From assembly GCF_963921235.1 (NCBI RefSeq), contig NC_086109.1:15688001-15752000 (forward strand): a stretch of DNA of 64,000 bases, written 5' to 3'. Positions 1 through 12,418 of this stretch are shown here, piece by piece (positions within the stretch are counted from its first letter, which is position 1; every line of letters begins with the position of its first letter). Source of the DNA: Mobula hypostoma. Its lineage: Eukaryota. Made by a program: the position numbers and the translations under genes. The notes under the pieces were generated by a model. That model was given only the letters and a program-made list of their open reading frames with translations, was not told where the DNA came from and did no database searches.

Positions 1-69
1 TACTTTCAACTTTCAGAACTGCCACGTAACCATCATTGGTCCGAAACGCCTTCACAACAGTCTAAAACA

Positions 70-583
70 CACTCAGTGACCACTTTATTAGGTACGGGAG
101 ATAAATGGTCTTCTGTTGCTGTAGACCATTCACTTCATGGTTTGATGGTTGCGTATTCAGGTATGCTCTTCCGTACACTAATGTTATAATGCATAGTTAT
201 TTGAGTTACTATCACCTTCCTGTCACCGTGAACCAGTCTGGCCATTCTTCTTTGACCTCTCTCATTAACAAGCTGTTTTAGCCTACAGAATTGCCATTCA
301 CTGGATTTTTTTTGTATCTTTGCAAATCTTAGAGAATGTTTTGAATGCAAATCCCAAGATATCAGCAGATCCTTCCAGTCAGGTGCCAGCAATCACTCCG
401 TGGTCAAAATCACTTAGATCACAATTCTTCCACATTCTGATGTTTGGTCTGAATAACAACTGAACCTCTTGACCATGCCTGCATGCTTTTGTGCATTAAG
501 TTGCTGTCACATGATTGGCTGATTAGATATTCACATTAACGAGCAGATACACAGGTGTACCCTAATAAGGTGCCCGCTGAGTA
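70..583 (-). mobile_element. Tc1/mariner non-autonomous element with transposase N-terminal relic
   Basis: Imperfect TIRs CACTCAGTGACCACTTTATTAGGTAC ... GTACCCTAATAAGGTGCCCGCTGAGT; ORF 135..392(-) contains RLKQLVNERGQRRMARLV..DRK...TQIT, resembling the Tc1 DNA-binding region; related copies near 22050, 26985, 34700, 39090. Confidence 0.8.
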
Positions 584-1484
584 TAAATGAAACAGTTTTG
601 TCTCGTTGAATCTAATTGCTTTATGATCTTAAACGTACCTCTTAATCTTGAAAAAAAAAGTAAATTATTTTAACCTTAATGCACCAAGGAAGACTTTTTC
701 CAGATGATCTGGTCTATCTGCATAAACGACTTTTCACCTATTCCTGGCAACATTCTGGTAAATTTTCTCCATAAACTCAGCAAAGCACAATATTATATGA
801 GACTGGATGATAAACTGCTTGAAGTCAGATATCGGAGGGATGTGGGGTACAGCTCCTTCTTTGTCCTTGACTTTGAAAATTTCCAAGTCGTAAAATAGTA
901 CTATGGTTGTATTCACCAGTCAGTGCTTACTTAGTCTGGCCAAGGCTTTCTGCTTCTGAAGGCTCCCTGATAATAACCCATTACAAGAAATATTTCAATA
1001 GAGGATGGAAAAAGTTGCTTTGGGTCTTGGTTAGGATGCCTTCCATGCTTCTGGTAACAACAGCTAATTGGTGTGGAACTCCAAGTGCTTTATTAATATA
1101 CTTCAGTGAAGAAGATGACTCATTCTTAGCTGCTCCGGGCACATGTACAACCCCAGTCCCAGATCACAGCTGCTGGCTCTAAGGAGTGACCCCGCAAACT
1201 ACTCAGCTAACTCAAACATGCAAGGAGGCTGTGGAAGCCAAGCCACTGGCCATATTTAAAGTGGAGAACACTAGTAAGGGTGTCAAAGGTTACAGAGAAA
1301 AGGCAGGAGAATGCGATCAAGAGGGATAATAAATCAGCCATGATTTTTATAGGCAGATTGGACTCAATGGGCCAAATGGCCTAATTCTGTTCCTATGTCT
1401 TTTATGATCTTGTCCTCACCCCCAGTAATGAATAAATTTAATACATGAAGTGCAATGGACTATTTAGTTAACTTTGTTCCTATT

Positions 1485-1727
1485 TTATTTAGAGATACAC
1501 ATCGTAACAGGCCCTTCCAGCCCAATGAGCAATTACACGCACGTGACCAATTAACCAACTAACCCAGATATATATCATTGGAACGTGGGAGGAAACCGGA
1601 GCACCTGGGGGAAACCCACGCAGTCACAGGTAGAATGTACAAAAACCTTACAGACAGCAGCGGGAAATGAACCCATGTTGCTGGAGCAATAATAGTGTTA
1701 TGTTAACCATTACACTACTGTGCCGCA
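1485..1727 (-). mobile_element. SINE (tRNA-type); related copies at about 3715-3987, 6835-7075, 46810-47065 (-) and 59725-59960, 61225-61440 (+)
   Basis: Recurrent block GTGGGAGGAAACCGGAGCACCCGGAGGAAACCCAC...GGGAATTGAACCC (B-box-like GGTTCAATTCCC on - strand) with (TAAA)n-type tail. Confidence 0.7.
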
Positions 1728-2069
1728 CATCTTAAGGGACGGTAAAACATGATGTTCTTTCCACTCTTGGTTCCATTCCAGCGTGCATTGTCTGTGCCAC
1801 TGATTGCTGGGACTGTTGCTACAGATTTTCTAGCTCTGATCTGATGCATTCACAAACAAAAACTTGGAAACCTGTGAATTCTGACAAAGTATATATTCCT
1901 TATCAATCAAGTCAAATTACGGTTATCACAAGAGGAATTCTATTAAGAACTTAGTATCTGTGTGCTTCATTTTGCCTTCCGACGGAAGAAATTACACAAT
2001 TTTCTTGTCAATAGTGAAAGACCATTGTACAGTTATTATGTCTCTTCGCTTTGCTATTGTTACAATTTG

Positions 2070-2360
2070 GCAGCTCTCTCATCTATGAGCTAAAGGTTGT
2101 GGGCTATTTCAGAGTCTCAAGTACAAAATCTAAGCAGACACTCTAATGCCATTAATTCTCCTTCATATAAAATATTAAACTGAATTCTCGCCTACCTTCT
2201 CCGAGTAAAGGAGCTGGCTGCAGCATTATGAAGGTGAAAAGAGGAGTTCTTGTTAATTGTAACTCTCAATCAGCATCACTAAAACAGATAACAGTCATTA
2301 ACATGTAACAGTTTGTGGGAGATTTCTGAGCACACATTAGCTCCCACGTTAGAAATATAC
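2070..2360 (+). mobile_element. Old DeuSINE/SacSINE1-like fragment; other relics at about 21880-22040, 26200-26400, 31620-31900, 35495-35620, 51780-52110
   Basis: Degenerate match to recalled Deu-domain motifs (..CTCAATCAGCATCACTAAAACAGAT..GTTTGTGGGAG..; GGAGGTGATGTCCTTCAGATGA.. at 21984). Confidence 0.55.
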
Positions 2361-2659
2361 TAACAAAATAGGCCATTCTGTTTATTGTGTTATTGTGCTC
2401 ACACACTAGCCCTCTCTAATTCATCTAACTTTATCACCATAGTTTTCTATTCTCTCCCCTTATTCCTATCTGAATAACCCTTAAGTGCATCGATATTATT
2501 CACCCCAACTTGTGATAAAGAGTTCCATGTCTATCTGTATTTTATTTTGTCTTAACTTTATTTCACTAATTATTGTCTTTAAATTTAACACCACTAATGT
2601 TGGATATCATACAAACAGAAACATTTTGTCCTTATCTACCCAATCGAACCACTTCATTA

Positions 2660-3545
2660 TAGAACATAGAACATTACAGCACAGTACAGGCCCTTTGGCC
2701 CACTATGTTGTGCCAACCTTTTAACCTACTCCAAGATCAATCTAACCCTTCCCACCTGCACAGCCCTCCAGTTTTCTGTCACCTATGTGCTTATCTAAGA
2801 GTCTCTTAAATGTCCCTAATGTATCATTATGATGCGTTTCTGGCTTCTGCTCACTCCTTTTTTTGTTGCTATTTTGGGCTATTTTGATCGGGGCAGCCTG
2901 CAGATGGCGAACACTGAACTGAATACGCCAAGACTCTTTCGATTTTGTGTTTTTCACTCATTTGTGGATTTTTTTTTTGTGCAAGGGGGTTTGATGATTT
3001 TCTTTGAACTGGTTCAATGGTTTTCTCTTTTTCGTGGCTGCCTATGGGGAAGACGAATCTCAGGCTTGTATACCGCGTACATACTTTGATAATAAATGTA
3101 CAAACGTACTTTGAATCTTTCAATCTGCCTCTACTGCCACCCCTGGTAGGGTGTTCCACATACCCTCCACTTTCTGTGTAAAGAACTTACCTCTGACGTT
3201 CCCCTATACTTTCTTCCAGTCACCTTAAAATTATTCCCCACGGTATTAGCCATTTCCACCCTGGGAAAAAGTCCCTGGCTATCCATTCTAATCTATGCCC
3301 CTCTATCAAGTCACCTCTCACAGTCCTTCACTCCAAAGAGAGAAGCTCACTCAACCTATCCTCGTAAGATATGCCCTCTGTGCAAGCAGCATCCTGGTAA
3401 ATCTCCTCTACACCCTCTCTAAAGCTTCTACATCCTTCCTATAATGAGGTGGCCTGAACTGAACACGATATTCCCGAGTGTGTCTAACCAGGGTTTTATA
3501 GAGCTGCCATATTATCTCGCAGCTTTTGAACTCAATCCCTTGCAA
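2660..3545 (-). mobile_element. CR1 LINE 3' fragment interrupted by another repeat (about 2828-3115)
   Basis: Reverse complement matches the CR1 ORF2 C-terminus/3'UTR seen at 14535-15570; ATAGAAC tail repeats near 2660. Confidence 0.75.
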
Positions 3546-4204
3546 TTACCTTAAAGAAATCAATCAGATTACCCCTCAACCTTTGGTTGGTAGTGTAGAT
3601 GTGCAGTTTAAATTGACATCATGGCTGGCACATACATAGTGAGTGAAGGGCCTATTCCTATGTTTGTAAATGCACCCATGCCATCTGTGAGCACGTCATT
3701 TTATTTATCTATTTACTTATTGACGTACAGCATTTAATAGGCCCTTCTGGCCCGACAAACCATGCCACCCAGCAATCCCCTGATTTAATCCTGGCCTAAT
3801 CAAGGGACAATTTACAGTGACCAATTAACCGACCAACCGGTACGTCTTTGTATTGTGGGAGGAAATGGAAGCATCCTGAAGAAACGCACGCGAGAATGTG
3901 CACACTCCTTACAGGCAGTGTCAGGAATTGAACCCGGGTCGCTGGTACTGTAAAGCATTGTGTTAACCACTACACTATCATGCCACCTTTTGTGAAGAAG
4001 TGAATGGTTAGCTAACAGGAAGCTGACAGAATGCAGGTATGTTCAAAGTGGCCACGTGGGTTTCCTTTGGGTGCTCCAGTCTCCACCCACAACCCAATGA
4101 CGTACAAGTTAGGGTTAGTAAGTTAGAGACATGCTATGTTGCAGCTGGAAGCATGGTGATACTTGCTGGCTGTCATCAGCACATCTCGGTCTGTGTAGGT
4201 CATT

Positions 4205-4560
4205 GACTCGACTTGGTGGGGGACCGTGATTCGATGGAGCAAAGTGACGGGGTCTATTGAGGGTCAGTGAATATATATGACTATTGGAAGAGTTGAGCTC
4301 CAATTTGTGCATATTTCGCTGTTTAATTATGATGGGCCCTTTTTTTTCTTTTCTTTACCAACCCTTTTGTTAAGATTCATAAATATGATTCCTTTAATAA
4401 TGTGCAGTGTGCTGTCTGTTATTTTGTGGCGCTGAGTTGTGACAGGGCAGCAAATGACACAGCATCCACACAAACCGGGGTGTAGGTGGGAGAGCCGTCC
4501 CAATCTCGCGGGTTTGGCGAGACCGGAGACTTACGCAGCCAAGGAAACAAGCGGGGTTTC
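4205..4560 (+). mobile_element. Possible LTR fragment (3' part)
   Basis: CpG-retaining block distinct from flanks, with a CATAAA signal, ending ..GGGGTTTCA; no clear 5' TG or TSD. Confidence 0.35.
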
Positions 4561-7090
4561 ATAAAGAAACGGCAAGGTTGCCGCCCGATGCACCACAAGG
4601 CACAGAGAGGAACCACAACTAATGTAGAGAAGGAGGAACATCTTCATAACCGCTCCATAGTTGAAACCTCACCCATTTTAAGAGCGTCACCAGGATGTGA
4701 AAGAGAGACCTGTGACATGTAGACTATTGCTGTGTACTTCAGTTTGTCTTTGAAGAACATTCCCAGAACCACTGTGGTGTAATGTAATTTTCTACAACCA
4801 GATCTAGTGCAAGATAATCTGATTGGGTCGTAATCTAATCAAGCAGCTCGGATGAGTTATAAGTGGACTGTACACGTTCAGCACAAAATCACAGATTTAA
4901 GGGTGGTCAGGTTTTTCTAATCCCTTGACTTTCAGAGCCTGTGTAAATCAGCCAATGCCTCTATAGTGAAAAAAGAATCACAAGATGACTTTGAGGAGTC
5001 TCACTGAACAAAAATTTTGACACTGAGTCATATTAGCAGATGTTAATTATAGATGGAGAACAGAAGGAGACTCTTCGGCCCACTGAATCTATGCTATCAC
5101 CCATCCATCTAATCCTATACTGATCTCCGTTTAAGTTTAAGTTTATTGCTATGGGCACAAATATCCAGGGCATAAGTGGCATGAAAATTAGTGCAGTACA
5201 TAACAACCATACTCTATATTACATAAACCTATATCAACATTAATTTTTTTCTCTCTTTGAAAAGGTTAAGTCAAACTAATTATCAGAGTATGTGCATGCT
5301 ATCATATACTACCTTGAGGTTCATTTTCTTGCAGGCATTTACAGGAAAATTCAGAAACACAATAGAATTTATGAAAAACTATACATAAACAAAGACTGAC
5401 AAACAACCATTGTGCAAGTAAAAAACTACCAAGAACACCAGTTGTACATCATACCCCCACACACTGTATTGTTTCCTGTAAAAACACTCCTATACATAGA
5501 GTCATTTTATGTCCACACAATCACTCCAGGTATACAAGCTATCCTTTATATTTATATGTTTTTTAAAAATTGTTGTGCTCTTTATCTTATTGTGTGTGTT
5601 TTCTTTGTGCTGCATCGGATCCAGATTATTTTGATCTCCTGTACACTTTTGTACCGGAAATGACATTAAACAATCTTGAATAGAGTCCTTGAAAGTAAGT
5701 CTGTAGGTTGTGGAATCGGTGCATAGTTGTGGTGAGTGAAGTTGTCCTTGCCACTTCAGGAGCCTGGTACTTTGTTCCCATCAATACCGCACCCCACCCC
5801 CAGATTTTACCACCCACCTACCCACCAGGGGTAATTTACAGTAGCTGGATAACCACCAGATAGAATGAATTTTGGGATGTTTCAAAGTTCAAAAGCTTTG
5901 AACATTCCAAATTTGAAATCAGAGCAACTGGGGGTCAGGAGTGAATCCTGATATCTGGGACAGTGAGGGAGCACCTTCACTGGCTGTGCCATTGTGACTC
6001 CCTGCCTCCACTTTGTAAAGCCCAATGGTGGCCGATTTCGAGGTAGGATAAAGCAGGTCAGGGTATGGATTCTAGATCAGGAGTCACCAAAGGCAAAAAG
6101 AGATGTTGTAGAATAATCAAGTCCAGAGGTTACCAAAAGATTACACATTAATTTCCATAGTAGATGAACTTGAGGTAAGATGGAGATACATGGATGTGGA
6201 ATTACTGTTGACATGATGGCATCTAGGTCAAGGTTGCAAATGGTCAGACTCAAAGAGGCAGAAGGACAGTTGGTGCTATGGTGACTTCATTTATTCTCCT
6301 TCCAGCCCTCAACGGCATGTAGAGGGGCACAGGCATTCTTCAAAGCGTAAGCATTCATAGATGTCTTTATCGAAGCCTTCCTCATAACCTTCAAGGAAAT
6401 ATGAAGGAAGTAATGAATAATAAAGGCCCACAGTTAATTTCTCCATGGATTTTTTACTCACAGATTAAGGAATAAGAAATTGATCAAAAATACAGGTTTT
6501 CAGGTGCATTTTAAGGGAGAAAAGAGAGAAAAGTGGAAAGGTTTAGGAAAGGAATTGCCATGATTGGAGCATCAACAGCTAAAGGCTCTACCACTGATGA
6601 TGAGAGTGTTTGCATTCAGACGGAAACAACTAACTCAGAAGCTTTTTGTCGTGGGGTGAGGTGATCAGGCTGGTGCATGAGGAGCACTTGGCAGTAGCCT
6701 TGGAGGGCTCCCGTGATGCCCATTTCATAAACACCCTATCTTTGGCAGCCATGGTTCTTTTCAAGTTCTTCACCGGGTTTTTCTGACCTTCGGAGCAGTC
6801 TCCCCCCACCATGGCATCATTTATTTAATTATTTTTATTTGGCAGTACAACACAGTAACAGGCCCCTCAGGCCTATGGAGCTTGTGCTACACAATTACAC
6901 CCAATTAACCTACTAATCCGTATGTCTTTGGTCTGTGGGAGGAAACCGGAGCACCCGGAGGAAACCCACACAGTTACGGGGAGAACGTACAAGCTGCTTA
7001 CAGGCAGCGGTGGGAATTGAACCTGTGTCGTTGGCGCAGTAATAGCATTACACAAACTGCTACGCTACCACAACACCCAGGAACACTCAC

Positions 7091-7096
7091 CTGTAA
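7091..7096 (-). other. Candidate 6-nt microexon (TTACAG) or recursive splice site
   Basis: - strand reads gtttttattccttcag TTACAG gtgagt. Confidence 0.35.
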
Positions 7097-7704
7097 CTGA
7101 AGGAATAAAAACGGTCCCTTTTAACCAGTGCTTTCAAAGACAGCACCTGCAGCGTCACATAGTAACAACTGCAAGAACTCGGATATACCCACTGGGAGGT
7201 TGTGCTGAAACTGACAATCTCAGCTTTAGTGTAGTGTTACACAAGGAAAACCCATAAGCTCACAAGCACAGTTCTCACTCCTTACGTAACCTTCACAAAT
7301 AGCACCAGGGTGAGTCACAGTGCTGCTTTTAACACTTTAACAAAGTACGGAGTAATTCTTTATTTAAGTTATTATTTCCTTTACTCCTGCTGCTGCCTGA
7401 AAGGAATTTGTATATTTTCCCCGTGACTGCATGAGTTTCCTCTGTGTGTTCCATGCACCAGTTGGTAGGTTAATTCGTCACTGCAAATTGATTAGGCTTG
7501 GATTAAATCAGGGGCTGCTGGTGGCACAGCTCAATGGGCCGGAAGCATCTACTCTGTACTGTATCTCAATAAATTAAGTTAAATGCTACAAGATAGGCAT
7601 TTATTGACTCCTCAACCCCTCCTCGGGCTTTATTCCAGCCATTACACCAGGCAATTTTCTTCCATTGGACTTGGTCCCAGAGAAAATATGGAAAATAATG
7701 AATT

Positions 7705-7945
7705 ATTCTTCTTCAGCCCTTTACCTTTTCCACCCATCACCTCCCAGCTTCTCACTTCATCCCAACCTCCTCCTCATCTGGTCTCACCTATCACCTGCCA
7801 GCTTGCACTCTTTCCCCTTCCTCCCACCTTCTTATCCCGGTTTCTTCCTCCCTTTCCAGTCCTGATGAAGGGTCTCAGCCTGAAATGTCAACTGTTGATT
7901 CATTTCTGTAGATGTTGCATGACCTGCTGAGTTCCTCCAGCATTT
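7705..7945 (+). mobile_element. Penelope-derived terminal-repeat fragment with decayed hammerhead motif (7857-7894)
   Basis: CAGTC CTGATGA A GGGTCTCAGCCT GAAA TGTC AACTG followed by ..GACCTGCTGAGTTCCTCCAGCA. Confidence 0.65.
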
Positions 7946-8351
7946 CCCATGTACTACAATGGGAAGTAATGGGTTTATGCAGAGTCAGAATGGATTTAGG
8001 GAAAAAGGAAATTACGTTTGATTATTCTACTAGAGTCATAGTCATAGAGTCATGAATTCATAGAGAAATATAACATGGAGACAGGCCATGTTATAACATC
8101 CACGCTGACCATGGTGATCACCAAGCTAATCCAATGGGCCTGAATTTGGTCCATATCCCCCTAAACTCCACCTATCCATGAATATATCCAAATGTCCCTT
8201 AAATGTTGTTATTGCAGCTGCCTCAACTACTTCATCCCATATAAGCACCATCCTTTGCATGAAGTTGCCCCTCTAGTCCCTTTTAAATCTTTGCCCTCTC
8301 ACCTTAAACCAATGACCTCTAGTTTAGCTCCCTTTCCCTAGGGAAAAGGAC

Positions 8352-9035
8352 TACCTCTTATCGGAAATGCTTGGGGCAGGAATTGTTTTGGATTTCGGAT
8401 TTTGGAATATATAGTGAGATAGCTTGGGAGTGCCATCATTTCCGACTCTGAATTTATGTGCTATCAGGAAGCAGGCTTTGTCTTACATTTGTTCAACACA
8501 CATATGTACTAACATAGCCATTCAGCATGTTAGATTTTCTTCAGTGATGATTTTGGCAAATTCATCAATGAATTTCTCTGCTGCTTCATGATCAACAGAT
8601 GCTTTATCACCACAAATCTTTAAAAAATTAATGTCTTATCCAAAATTTCTGCAACCAGCTTGCTGAATATTCACAAGTACTTCCAATTTTCAGTTTGTTG
8701 TGATAGATCTTTGCTTGTTTTACACTCAGCACACAATTCAGTGGAATATTTTCACTCCGACTCTGAAGAATCCACTCTTTCAATACACGATCGAGATCTT
8801 CCTTTTTCCACTTTATGCATTGGTTTTCTATTTCTCATTAACTTTTGTTCATTAAAATATGTGAGGTCACTTCTCAGAACTGTCTGAGATGCGCAGAGAT
8901 ATGTGCATCGCCTGGGAACCTTCCTAGAGCCTGGTGGAATTTTCAATTTGTAACATTACGTCAGGTCTCAAAAAAAAATCTCGGATTTTGGAGGTATTTG
9001 GATTTTGGAATTTTGGATAAGGGGTACTCAACCTA
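8352..9035 (-). mobile_element. Tigger/pogo (Tigger4/MER46-like) internally deleted element
   Basis: Termini ..CTTATCGGAAATGCTTGGG.. and ..TTTTGGATAAGGGGTACTCAACCT; - strand 8520-8720 translates to KQAKIYHNKLKI..WLQKF..FLKICGDKASVDHEAAEKFIDEFAKII (pogo-type transposase). Confidence 0.75.
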
Positions 9036-9429
9036 TGTGTGTCCACATCTGGGCCCCTCCTGATTTGATGATCAGTATAAGGTTACCTCTCAATCCCTTA
9101 CACTCCAAAGAATAGGATTCTAACCTGCCCAACATCTTCCTATAAAATCTGCTGGAGTTCTTTGAGGATGTGAGCTTTACCATAGACATGGGAGCACATG
9201 TGCATATTTATATTTTGTAAGTCAACAACTGTAGAACGCATGGTAAGTGTGGTAAAACGGTCATCAATGCTTGGACCCCGACTACCTATGATCTCTTCCT
9301 CAGCTTTGGCTATGGGAGTTCAATGTCATATTTCCAAAATTGCTGTTGATCCAAAATGAGATGGAATTGTGAGCAGGGAGAAGTATGGGAAGATGCTTCT
9401 AAAGGATATGGAAAGGTTAATAAATAAAG

Positions 9430-10225
9430 ACCATAAAATCATAAAATATACGAGCAGAATGAGGCCCTTCGGCCCATTGACTCAGCTCTACCCTTCCATC
9501 ACGGCTGATTTATTATCACTCTCTAACCCAATCTCCTGCCTTCATCTTGTAACCTTTGACATCCATACTAATCAAGAATCTATCAATCTCTGCTTTAAAT
9601 ATACCTAAATACTTGGCTTCCACAGCCTATGGCAATGAGTTCCACAGATCCACCACATTCTGGCTAACGAAATTCCTTTTCATCTCTGATGTAAATGAAT
9701 GTCCTTATATTATGAGGCTGTGCCCTCTAGTCCTAGACTCACCCATTGTAGGAAACATCCTCACCGTGTCCACTCTACCTTGGCCTTTCAATATTCAATA
9801 AATTTCAAAGAGATCCCCTATCATTGTTTTAAACTCCAGTGAGTACAGGCCCAGAGCCATTAAAATTGCTTCATGCATCAACCCTTCCATTCCTGGAACC
9901 ACTCTCATGAACCTCCTCTGGATCTTTTCCGATGGTAGCACATCCAGTTTGGGATAAGGGGCCCAAAATTGCTCACAAAACTCCAAGAGCAGTCTAACCA
10001 ATGCCTCATAAAGATTCATCTTTACATCTTTCTTTTTATATTCTAGTTCTCTCGAAATGAATGCTAACATTGCATTTGCTTTCCCTCCCACTGACTCAAT
10101 CTGCAAGTTAACCTTTGGGGAATCCTACACAAGGACTTCCAAGCCTCTTTGCAGCTCTGATTTCTGAATTTTTTTGAATTATTTTCCCTCTAGCAAAGTG
10201 CATGACCATACATTTCCCTACATAA
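9430..10225 (-). mobile_element. CR1 LINE RT C-terminal fragment
   Basis: ORF 9795..10106(-): KANAMLAFISR..LYEALVR..LEFCEQFWAPY..IQRRFMR. Confidence 0.85.
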
Positions 10226-10754
10226 ATTAGTGGTAATTGCTTCTTAGGTGTAAAGCATTTTGGCACGAAAGGTTTCATAGGAATGTTCTACCTTAGCGGG
10301 GGGAATATGGGACAGTTGGCAACCCTACACCTCACAGACTGTCTCAGACTGATTGTCTGTAGTTATGAGCCAAATTTCAGGGAACTAGCAGAAAGTATTC
10401 AGCCCCAGTCATCACACTGAGTGCAACAGTCAATCTTTATTCATTTATTTTTCGTGTTGAAATAAAATTAAATAATGAAACTTAGAATTAAAGGTGTGAA
10501 GTATTGTAATATTCTTCTTAAAGAAAGACAGCTATGGCCTGTTTGATATGCTAGTTACAGTGTTTTCTTGTTTGAGTTAATTTGAAAGTTTGACAGAAGT
10601 ATTTTGTGTAATTCAAGTACAATTCGCCCAAATAAAAGGCCTCAAATTGGAAGTACAATCGGAGCTGTTTTTCCTCTGAATGACTTAGTAGGTAGATCTT
10701 GCCTTTCACTGAGGTCGAGGTAGGGGATCTTGGGCTTAAAAAGGTTGGTGACCA

Positions 10755-11000
10755 CTACCCTACACTGTATTCTATCTGCCACTTCTTGGCCCAATTTTCC
10801 TATCTGTCTAAGTCCTTCTGCAGATTCACTGCTTCCTCAACATCACCTGCCCATCCACCCATCTTCACACTGTCCATAAACTTGGCCAAAAAGTCATCAA
10901 TTCCATCATCCAAATCATTGACATACAATGTAAAAAGAGGTGGTCCCAACACCGACCCCTGTGGAACATCATTAGTCACTGCAGCCAACCTAAACAGGCA
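10755..11000 (-). mobile_element. CR1 RT core fragment
   Basis: ORF 10800..11042(-): VPQGSVLGPPLFTLYVNDLD...KFMD. Confidence 0.85.
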
Positions 11001-11689
11001 AGAATGAAATTTAATAATGAAAAAAAATGTAAAGTTTCCCACTTAAAAAGTTCACAAAACTGAAAAGCAGATTTTGTTTATGGTTTAAACGTGTCAAATT
11101 AGGAAGTATTGACATTCTGCTGGACCAGGTTGACTACGAACACCAATCCCTGAGGTCAAGAATGTAGGAGAATCAAACAATTAAGAAGAAAAGGAAGGTT
11201 TTTGAACTTTATCACAAAGGATATCTTACTGCATTTATATTGGGTCTAACAAGACTGCTTCTGGAATACTATACAGCTTTGGTTTTCTTACCCAAAGTAA
11301 CGATAAACCTGCTCAGAGGGAACACAGTGAAAATTTGCCACACTGAGCCTTGGATTCCCTCATGTTTATAGTCAGGTCTAATTAAGGGTTTAGCAATGCA
11401 AAAAATATTTCCTCCGACTGGGGAATCAGCAAAAAGAGGAAAATACTCATAAAATGAGAGCTTTATTCTTTTGGAATCCAATCAAAAAGTTACAAAAATT
11501 TGCATCTCCCACTTCCTTCAGGATGTTGTGGAAGCTAGGTCAATTTAATTTTTTAAATTGAGCTAGATAATTTTTTGTAAGTGGTGGTAGAAAAATAAGA
11601 TATGAATATTTCGTAATTGATACCTAAATTAGAGCACAGAGTCAAATGTTGAAATAAAGATGTAAATGGAATCGGGGTATAAACAGGAA

Positions 11690-12360
11690 TGGAGTCAAGG
11701 GGTCTGCTAAAAACAAAAATAACCAGTTCACGTCACGGATGAACTCACCTGAGCAAGAAGGCACAGCAGCACCTCCACTTCCCAAGAAGATTAAGACAAG
11801 CAAGGCTCCACCCGCCCCCCCCCCCATCTTAACTGCAAACACCATTGAGTGTGTCCTGAGAAGTTGCATCTCTGTCTGGTATGGGAACAGTCGTGCATTG
11901 GACCGGAAGTCCCCAGAAAGGGCTGTGAGAACAGCTGAGGGGATATTAGGGGTCTCCCTACCATCCATCGGGAACATTTATCAGGAGCGCTGCGTATTCA
12001 AAAGCCTTGATAGAGTGGATGTGGAGAGGATGTTTCCTATGGTGGAAGATTCTAAGACCAGAGGGCACAGCCTCAGAATGGATGGGCGTCGTTTTATGAT
12101 GGAGACGAGGTGGAATTTCTTCAGCCAGAGAGTGGTAGATCTGTGGAATTCTTTGCCACAGGCAGCTGTGGAGGCCAAGTCTTTATGTATGTTTAAGGCA
12201 GAGGTTGATAGATCCTTAATTGGTCAGGGCATGAAGAGATATGGAGAGAAGGAAGGAGGTTGGGTCTGAGAGGAAAATGGGATCAGCCATGATGAAATAG
12301 TGGAGCAGACTCGATGGGTCAAATGGCCTAATTCTGCTCCTATACCTTATGGTCTTATAG
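11690..12360 (+). mobile_element. Composite: Rex/Babar-type LINE C-terminal fragment (about 11690-11995) abutting a CR1 3' end (about 11996-12360)
   Basis: ORF 11739..12269 switches from IECVLRSCISVWYGN..DRK..IYQERC to LDRVDVERMFP..TRGHSL..FFSQRVV.LWNSLP. Confidence 0.75.
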
Positions 12361-12368
12361 AAATCCAG

Positions 12369-12372
<4 letters not shown>

Positions 12373-12417
<45 letters not shown>
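12373..12417. repeat. (CA)n microsatellite
   Basis: Perfect AC run of about 22 units. Confidence 0.95.

Positions 12418-12418
<1 letters not shown>

Noticed and set aside
931..966. Possible 36-nt - strand exon ending at GTAAGC
   Set aside because: Acceptor lacks a pyrimidine tract, donor context is weak (TAA|GT), and the phase-0 reading ends in a stop
11739..12269. 176-aa ORF as a novel fusion protein
   Set aside because: Chance in-frame junction of two different LINE relics; no promoter or splice support
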